In this document: in pieces, positions 26,574 to 32,041 of the stretch
How the letters are laid out: each line of letters starts with the position of its first letter
Numbering within the stretch: the stretch's first letter is position 1
Assembly: GCA_017650945.1 (NCBI GenBank)
Contig: JAGCDW010000027.1
Location: forward strand, 1-32,041
DNA: 32,041 nt
Origin: Alphaproteobacteria bacterium
GTDB lineage: Bacteria; Pseudomonadota; Alphaproteobacteria; Rs-D84
Reading direction: 5' to 3'
Translations under genes and position numbers: made by a program
Notes under the pieces: generated by a model
Seen by the model: the letters and a program-made list of their open reading frames with translations, nothing else
Database searches by the model: none
Told to the model about the DNA's origin: nothing

Positions 26574-26848
26574 TATGCAACCTGTGATTCTAACATCATT
26601 TTTTTCAGTTGGACAAGCGAACTTCTAATGGACCTGGACATACCGGCACCCAGTATTTGTTTCGGCCCCCCGCGCTGATAAAGCGGACATATATCAGATA
26701 TGTTTTCTGCTAACTTTTCAATCGTTAGATTCTCGATTTTTGCTACTCGCTTCAAAGCTCGGCAATAATCATAACAAGTTGAATTTCTGCCGTTTACAAT
26801 TACAGCAAACCCATTTTTAACCAAGTATTTACGATATTCATTTAACAT
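26573..26848 (-). CDS. Small hypothetical protein
   Basis: AAGGAG RBS. Stop overlaps the DUF3768 start (TAATG). Confidence 0.75.
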   Translation of the reverse strand: MLNEYRKYLVKNGFAVIVNGRNSTCYDYCRALKRVAKIENLTIEKLAENISDICPLYQRGGPKQILGAGMSRSIRSSLVQLKKMMLESQVA

Positions 26849-27184
26849 TTTTATACTCCTTTATTCTGTTAAACTATATAAATTATACGGTGAATCAAAT
26901 GATTTTCGAACTAAAAAACTTCCCGCAAGAGCCAAAAAACGCCAGTTTTTAGCCGTTTTTGAGCAATTTTGAGCTTTCGGAGCAAAACAGAGTCGTATTT
27001 GCTATTAAATTGATATAGTTAAAGATAAACTGTTTAAATTATATAGTTTATGCGTTTTTTATGCAGAAAAGGTAAAACTTATCCACATTAAAGTAGTAAA
27101 GTTCCATAAAACAAACACAGGCAAGCCAAATTTACCCCCAGAACAAAGAAACAATTGATATAACAGAACAATATTATATAAAAA

Positions 27185-28537
27185 TTATCTTCGTTTTACA
27201 TCAATTACTTGTCCTGTAATGTTTGTTATTAATGTCTTTATAGAAAAATCTGCAACCCGTTCTGGTTGGCATAGTGTTTCTGCTGGTTCTTCTCCAAAAG
27301 CATTAAATCTCATTGGTGTCGCCGTTCTTTCTGGGTTTATTGCGTTAACTTTTACTCCGTCTTCATATAATTCTTCAGCCAATGCTTGAACTAGATTTAC
27401 AATAGCAGCTTTTGCAGAAGAATATGTTGAATACAATGCTCGACCCCTTGTATATGATGAAGAAGTAAACAACAATAAACCGCCACGACTTTTTTTAAGA
27501 TAAGGAATAGAGGCGTGTGCTACATTTATATTGCCTACATAATTAATATTTATATCTTGTATAATATCTTGGATTTTTCTGTCTATCAATTTTCCTATAT
27601 TCAATACACCAGCAGAATTTATTATGTAATCTATTTTACCATGTTTTGTATAAATTTTATTCAATTCGCTCGTTATATTAGCATAATTTGTTATGTCGCA
27701 TCCGTTTGAACGAGATAAAGCATAAGTTCTGGCGCCATATTGTTTTAATTTTATATCTATATGCTGTCCAATTCCACTATTTCCACCAAATATAACTATA
27801 ATTTTATCTTTTAAATTTTCTATTTTTATATTTTCATCATAAATGTCTGTATGTTTTAATTGGAAAAGTTTATCTGCTATATATATATCAACAGGATATG
27901 TTATTTTTATGTTATTTATATCACCTGGAATCACATAAACCTGTGCAAGACTATACTTTACGACTATACCACAGTCATCTGTAAAGTTTGTATCGTCTTT
28001 TCTTGCAAGTTGATGAGCTTTCTTAATTACGCCTAACTTGAAGCATTGAGGGGTTTGGCCATATTGTAAATTTGCACGATTGGGTATGTTTTTTACTATT
28101 TCATTATCTGTTTCTATAATCGTATCTATGGCCGGAATGGCAACATCAACGGCATCATATTTATCTAGAGCTTTTACGCAATCATTTATAATTCTATGAG
28201 TTATAAATGGCCTAGCTGCATCATGTATTATAACTTTTGTATCATCGTCATCTTGTATTGATTCAACAGCAATTTCTGAACTTTGTTGGCGGGTATCACC
28301 ACCATTTAATAATTTACAAACTTTTTTATAGTTATTTTTGATTAGAATATTTTCACATAAATATCTAAATTTTGGAGTTATTACTATAATAATTTCATCT
28401 ATATTATCATTAGCCTCAAACACATCAATAGTGTGTTCAAGTATGGTTTTACCAGCCAACTTATTGAATTGCTTTGGCAAATCATTACCATAGCGATTTC
28501 CTGTTCCTGATGCCAAAATAACTCCATAATTCTTCAT
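27185..28537 (-). CDS. Bifunctional ribitol-5-phosphate cytidylyltransferase / ribulose-5-phosphate reductase (Bcs1/Acs1 type; CDP-ribitol synthase)
   Basis: N-terminal IspD/TarI fold (ILASGTGNR..PKQF, IHDAARP, QTPQ, KITYP) fused to an SDR (GGNSGIG, SSSYTRGR, YSSAK, NPERT.TPMR), the architecture of Haemophilus Bcs1. Confidence 0.88.
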   Translation of the reverse strand: MKNYGVILASGTGNRYGNDLPKQFNKLAGKTILEHTIDVFEANDNIDEIIIVITPKFRYLCENILIKNNYKKVCKLLNGGDTRQQSSEIAVESIQDDDDTKVIIHDAARPFITHRIINDCVKALDKYDAVDVAIPAIDTIIETDNEIVKNIPNRANLQYGQTPQCFKLGVIKKAHQLARKDDTNFTDDCGIVVKYSLAQVYVIPGDINNIKITYPVDIYIADKLFQLKHTDIYDENIKIENLKDKIIVIFGGNSGIGQHIDIKLKQYGARTYALSRSNGCDITNYANITSELNKIYTKHGKIDYIINSAGVLNIGKLIDRKIQDIIQDININYVGNINVAHASIPYLKKSRGGLLLFTSSSYTRGRALYSTYSSAKAAIVNLVQALAEELYEDGVKVNAINPERTATPMRFNAFGEEPAETLCQPERVADFSIKTLITNITGQVIDVKRR

Positions 28538-28546
28538 AAAAAACAC

Positions 28547-29830
28547 CTATAATTCTTTTATTAATTTTACTAGTTGTTCTGATGCATTTCCTGTATCATA
28601 AGACCCCATTTGGTGCAGGAAATCCTTTGTCGCTTTTGCAAATGCTTCTACATTTAAATTCTGTATATTATGTATAAGCTGATTATTATCTTGGGAAATT
28701 GGTATAGGTGTATCTTCCATTTCAATATATGAACCCCTTGCACTAAAATAATATTGCTTATCAGGGGCATATATAAAGGCTGGCCGTCCAGTAATTAAAA
28801 AATCAAATATAGAAGAGCTATAATCTGTTATTAAAATATCTGCTACTGCAAGCAATTCTTGCATGTCTGGATATAATGTTGCGTCTTTTAACCAATCATA
28901 TTTTGGTAAAATATTTTGTTCCATAATCATATTAGGATGTAATCTAGACAAAATAACCCAAGAATTTGAATAACGTTTATCCAGTGTATCTTTTAATTTT
29001 TTATAATCTATGTCGTATACACTTTGGTTATGATTATCCCTGAACGTTGGTGCATACAATAAAATTTTTACACCAGCAGGAATTTTGAAATATTCGTGTA
29101 TTTTATTTTCAATTTTATCAGAATGCTTAAAAAGAATATCATTGCGCGGATTTCCCTCCCTGAAATATTTACCAGAATACCAAAATGTTTTTTTGAATAT
29201 TGTATTTTCTGACCATAGAGCACCAGATGATAGGAAATCAATATCTTTGGAATCTTGTTTGGCTAATTGTATATAACTATCTGGTAAATTAGGATAATCT
29301 GCTTCTATTTTTTTAAATCCCATATTACCGTGCCAAGTATGAATATATTTTTGACCTTTTCTTTTGTGCAATATATTTTGTCTAACATTTGATATAAATA
29401 TATGGCAAGTTGTCAGGTAATACAACGCCTTTAAACTAAAACAATTTACCAACTTGATATTTTCTGGAAATTCTTCTGGAAATTTTAACTTTTTTTTATC
29501 GTAAAGCCAGATTAAATCAAACTGGTTATCCTTTAACATTTCCAAAGCTATATATTTTGGATTGTCTCCGAAACCTTGACCAGCCATATTCCAAAAACAT
29601 ACACGAAATTTTTTTATAGGGAACAAATGAAAAATTTTAGAACAACATTTGAATACAAACTCTCTCTTTGGTGTTATAGGAATAAAGAAAAACAGAAAAA
29701 TTCTTTGATATTTTATCTTTATCAAAGGTATGTAATACAAAACAAACACAAAGTATCTGTCGTCTTTGTTTACTGCTCTTACAAATAGTTTACAAACTAA
29801 TTTTGTTATCTTTTTCATCGTTATTCGCAT
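28547..29830 (-). CDS. TagF/TarF-family CDP-glycerol/ribitol phosphotransferase
   Basis: TWHG, GNPRND, LYAPTFRD, RLHP and LITDYSS motifs. Confidence 0.92.
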   Translation of the reverse strand: MRITMKKITKLVCKLFVRAVNKDDRYFVFVLYYIPLIKIKYQRIFLFFFIPITPKREFVFKCCSKIFHLFPIKKFRVCFWNMAGQGFGDNPKYIALEMLKDNQFDLIWLYDKKKLKFPEEFPENIKLVNCFSLKALYYLTTCHIFISNVRQNILHKRKGQKYIHTWHGNMGFKKIEADYPNLPDSYIQLAKQDSKDIDFLSSGALWSENTIFKKTFWYSGKYFREGNPRNDILFKHSDKIENKIHEYFKIPAGVKILLYAPTFRDNHNQSVYDIDYKKLKDTLDKRYSNSWVILSRLHPNMIMEQNILPKYDWLKDATLYPDMQELLAVADILITDYSSSIFDFLITGRPAFIYAPDKQYYFSARGSYIEMEDTPIPISQDNNQLIHNIQNLNVEAFAKATKDFLHQMGSYDTGNASEQLVKLIKEL

Positions 29831-29836
29831 TTATAA

Positions 29837-30724
29837 TTATCTAATGACACCAATTTTTATAAAACCAAACAAATACATTTTGTTGTTTTCTAGTAAAATA
29901 AGGGGGATACGCCCAAACAGATAATACTTTGACCTGCACATGTTATATGTTTTTATTTTAATAATAGGTATTCCAAATATCCGCACCCACCTAAACAATG
30001 TTGTGTATTTGTCTATCAAATTTTCATCACCAAATAAAAATCTTGCTACATCGTATTGAATCTTTTTTGTTGTTTCTGCTTGAATATCGGCTTTTTCCTT
30101 AGATACACTTGCTTTATGCACTCTGTATAAATATAAAATTTCTTGTAAATTATGAATTTTAGCATATCTTGCAAACCTAGAATAAAATTCCATATCTTCC
30201 GCTGCAAAGTAATTAGAATCAAATCTTAAATGATATTGTTCTATAATTTCACGACGTGCTACGAATACTGTTGTTTTGCAACCGAATAAGAAATCGCCAA
30301 CACGAACTTCTGGTGGATTCATATACGAAAAATTGTCATCTTGAAAAGCTTGCAATCCACATCCAACCATTCCATAATCGGGATGCTTTTCTAAAAAATC
30401 AACCTGTTTTGCTAATCTTGTTGGTTTAGATATATCATCACTATCCATTTTTGCGATATATTCGCATTGTGCTACATCAAGGCATTCATTTAAACTAGCT
30501 ATAAAACCTTTATTTGTTTTATTGTCTATAAATTTTATTCTTTTATCTTTCTTTGCATATTCCCTGATTATTGACGATGTATTATCTGTTGAACCATCAT
30601 TTAATATTATAAATTCAAAATCCGTAAATGTTTGTTTTAAGATACTTTCAATAGCTTCACCAACATATTTTTCAACGTTATATGCTGGCATTATAACTGA
30701 AACTTTTGGCTTTTTTTGTGGCAT
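29837..30724 (-). CDS. Glycosyltransferase family 2
   Basis: VSVIMPAYN, NDGSTD, MDSDD and EDM motifs. Confidence 0.93.
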   Translation of the reverse strand: MPQKKPKVSVIMPAYNVEKYVGEAIESILKQTFTDFEFIILNDGSTDNTSSIIREYAKKDKRIKFIDNKTNKGFIASLNECLDVAQCEYIAKMDSDDISKPTRLAKQVDFLEKHPDYGMVGCGLQAFQDDNFSYMNPPEVRVGDFLFGCKTTVFVARREIIEQYHLRFDSNYFAAEDMEFYSRFARYAKIHNLQEILYLYRVHKASVSKEKADIQAETTKKIQYDVARFLFGDENLIDKYTTLFRWVRIFGIPIIKIKTYNMCRSKYYLFGRIPLILLENNKMYLFGFIKIGVIR

Positions 30725-30933
30725 TAGATGTCCTTTTTGTATAAGAAACTTTGTTGTTTAGAATCGAATTCTGTATCTGTGCTGAAAAGCGGGATAAAAC
30801 CCAATAACCAATACATTTTATGGATACATAAGGTGTGATTATTATCAAAATGTGTTGTTTTTCTTATTATGAACAAAGGAAAAAAACCTAAAAATGACAC
30901 AATCCCTATTGCTTTGTTTTCATTGTTTTTCAT
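30724..30933 (-). CDS. 69-aa protein made of two LGF(F/I)PLF repeats; first gene of the glycan operon
   Basis: GAGG RBS. Stop overlaps the GT2 start (TAATG). Confidence 0.6.
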   Translation of the reverse strand: MKNNENKAIGIVSFLGFFPLFIIRKTTHFDNNHTLCIHKMYWLLGFIPLFSTDTEFDSKQQSFLYKKDI

Positions 30934-31164
30934 TGTATAACCTCACTTTTAATTCGGATATTCAATATATTAAACAAACCAACGATTGTTTCATAAATAC
31001 GAAGTGGCAAATTTCAACTTAGCATAAATACTTTGTGTATACTGGATTTCTAAGGTTTTTTCACTAGTAATGAATTCTTGATAATAAGTTTATAAATGAA
31101 AAATTTATATTGATTTTATCGTTCTATTAAATAGGCATAAATTATCAACCAAAGGATTAGAAAA

Positions 31165-31764
31165 ATGGCAGTTTTTGGATATATTAGAGTTAGTAGTGCA
31201 AAGCAAAATTGCGACCATCAACATTATGAAATTCAACAATTTGCAGAACATAACAACATCAATGTAGATAAGTGGATTGAAGAAACAATCTCTTCACGCA
31301 AACCTTTAAATAAAAGAAAATTGGGGCAGTTGTTAAACGAATTACAAGACGGTGATATTTTAATTGCTGCTGAAATATCGCGTCTTGGGCGTTCAATGAT
31401 GGAAGTAATGCGAATACTTGAAACTTGTTTGAATAAAAATTGTGAAGTATGGACGATAAAGGAACATTATAGGTTAGGAAACGATATTCAATCCAAAGTC
31501 ATGGCATTTGCATTTGGGCTTTCAGCAGAGATAGAAAGAAATTTAATATCACAACGAACAAAAGCGTCTTTGGAAAGTATAAAAGCCAGTGGTAAAAAGA
31601 TAGGCCGCCCCTTTGCTGCTAGTTCAAAAAAATTGAAATTATCCAAGAATACAAAGAAAGTCAAAAAATTTCTGGAAATGGGATTAACACATTATCGAAT
31701 TGGCAAGATATTGGGCGTAAAACCAGCAACTGTATCACACTTTGTAAATCGCATGGGCTGGTAA
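31165..31764 (+). CDS. Serine recombinase (resolvase/invertase), Mpi-like subfamily
   Basis: GYIRVSS..Q, EISRLGRS, YRLGNDIQSKVMAFAFGLSAEIERNLISQRTK, GRP and a C-terminal HTH. Confidence 0.92.
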   Translation: MAVFGYIRVSSAKQNCDHQHYEIQQFAEHNNINVDKWIEETISSRKPLNKRKLGQLLNELQDGDILIAAEISRLGRSMMEVMRILETCLNKNCEVWTIKEHYRLGNDIQSKVMAFAFGLSAEIERNLISQRTKASLESIKASGKKIGRPFAASSKKLKLSKNTKKVKKFLEMGLTHYRIGKILGVKPATVSHFVNRMGW

Positions 31765-31942
31765 AAAATCGTTTACATTTGACAGAAATCGCGTTATTTT
31801 GTAAAAGTGCTGTGCAAGTGTTAGGCATTTCTGGTAAAAACTGGTTAAATTTGGGTGGAATCGGCGTTAAAAGTGCTTGTTTTCTCTCAAAAATTGGTAT
31901 GTCTGAAACCATCTCATTCCTACCAATGGTGGGAGTCAGATT

Positions 31943-31959
31943 TCCACCCACTCCCACCA
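31943..31959 (+). repeat. attR core TCCACCCACTCCCACCA
   Basis: Identical to the tRNA-Tyr 3' end (19750-19766). Confidence 0.9.
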
Positions 31960-31997
31960 AAATAGAAAATGACCCGTTTGGGTCATTTTTTATTTTG
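31958..31997 (+). terminator. Terminator-like hairpin immediately after attR
   Basis: CAAAATAGAAAATGACCC-GTTT-GGGTCATTTTTTATTTTG. Confidence 0.75.
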
Positions 31998-32041
31998 CAA
32001 TGTGGGGTGGGTGGATGCGCAAGAGCGCCATGGCACGACAG

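Larger units (their letters stand above)
19750..31959. mobile_element. ~12.2 kb integrative element / genomic island inserted in tRNA-Tyr
   Basis: Perfect 17-bp direct repeats at both ends, an integrase next to the tRNA, and a clear shift to AT-rich sequence. Confidence 0.92.

Noticed and set aside
27185-28537. MEP-pathway ispD or ispDF
   Set aside because: The fused C-terminal domain is an SDR reductase rather than IspF, and the gene lies beside a TagF-family gene.
30724-30933. The 69-aa ORF as a frameshifted N-terminus of the GT2
   Set aside because: The GT2 has its own AAGGA RBS and a normal start, and the TAATG overlap is ordinary translational coupling.
30934-31164. A defined invertible promoter segment next to the serine recombinase
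   Set aside because: Only short, non-nested inverted matches were found (TCAATATA/TATATTGA, TTGATAAT/ATTATCAA, AACGAT/ATCGTT), which are expected by chance in AT-rich DNA.
19750-31959. Prophage or self-transmissible ICE
   Set aside because: No recognisable capsid, terminase, tail, lysis, T4SS or coupling-protein genes lie between the att sites.
31930-31959. Degenerate second tRNA or minihelix at attR
   Set aside because: There are no D, anticodon or T arms. The pairing extends through the CCA, so it is better explained as an inverted repeat.
1-32041. CRISPR array or diversity-generating retroelement
   Set aside because: No regularly spaced direct repeats, cas genes, reverse transcriptase or template/variable repeat pair were seen.

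Overview
This is bacterial chromosomal DNA. Positions 1 to ~19770 form a moderate-GC backbone that looks alphaproteobacterial, and its many uncharacterised secreted proteins suggest an uncultured gut or rumen lineage (inference). Recognisable backbone genes are a partial HTH regulator, a zeta-toxin-like P-loop ATPase, comF, a GNAT, valS, an acyl-ACP thioesterase, ppdK, rplU-rpmA, a PagL-like deacylase, tRNA-Gly(TCC) and tRNA-Tyr(GTA). The backbone also has two paralogous large Cys-rich secreted proteins, two fibre-like secreted proteins and several REP/MITE-like palindromes. A complete ~12.2 kb AT-rich integrative element sits in the 3' end of tRNA-Tyr, bounded by a perfect 17-bp direct repeat TCCACCCACTCCCACCA (19750-19766 and 31943-31959). 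It encodes a tyrosine integrase, a winged-helix regulator, an orphan and atypical C5 DNA methyltransferase, a small HUH (rolling-circle-type) protein with structured upstream DNA, and a DUF3768 operon. It also carries a Bcs1/TagF/GT2 ribitol-phosphate glycan cassette facing an Mpi-like serine recombinase. No phage structural or conjugation genes are visible. The most interesting observations are this element with its glycan cassette and recombinase, a shared 'LFG-x-IPL' repeat on the cassette proteins, and an apparently chimeric ValRS (type-1 catalytic part, type-2-like C-terminus without the coiled-coil arm). All family assignments come from motif recognition by eye; no searches were run.
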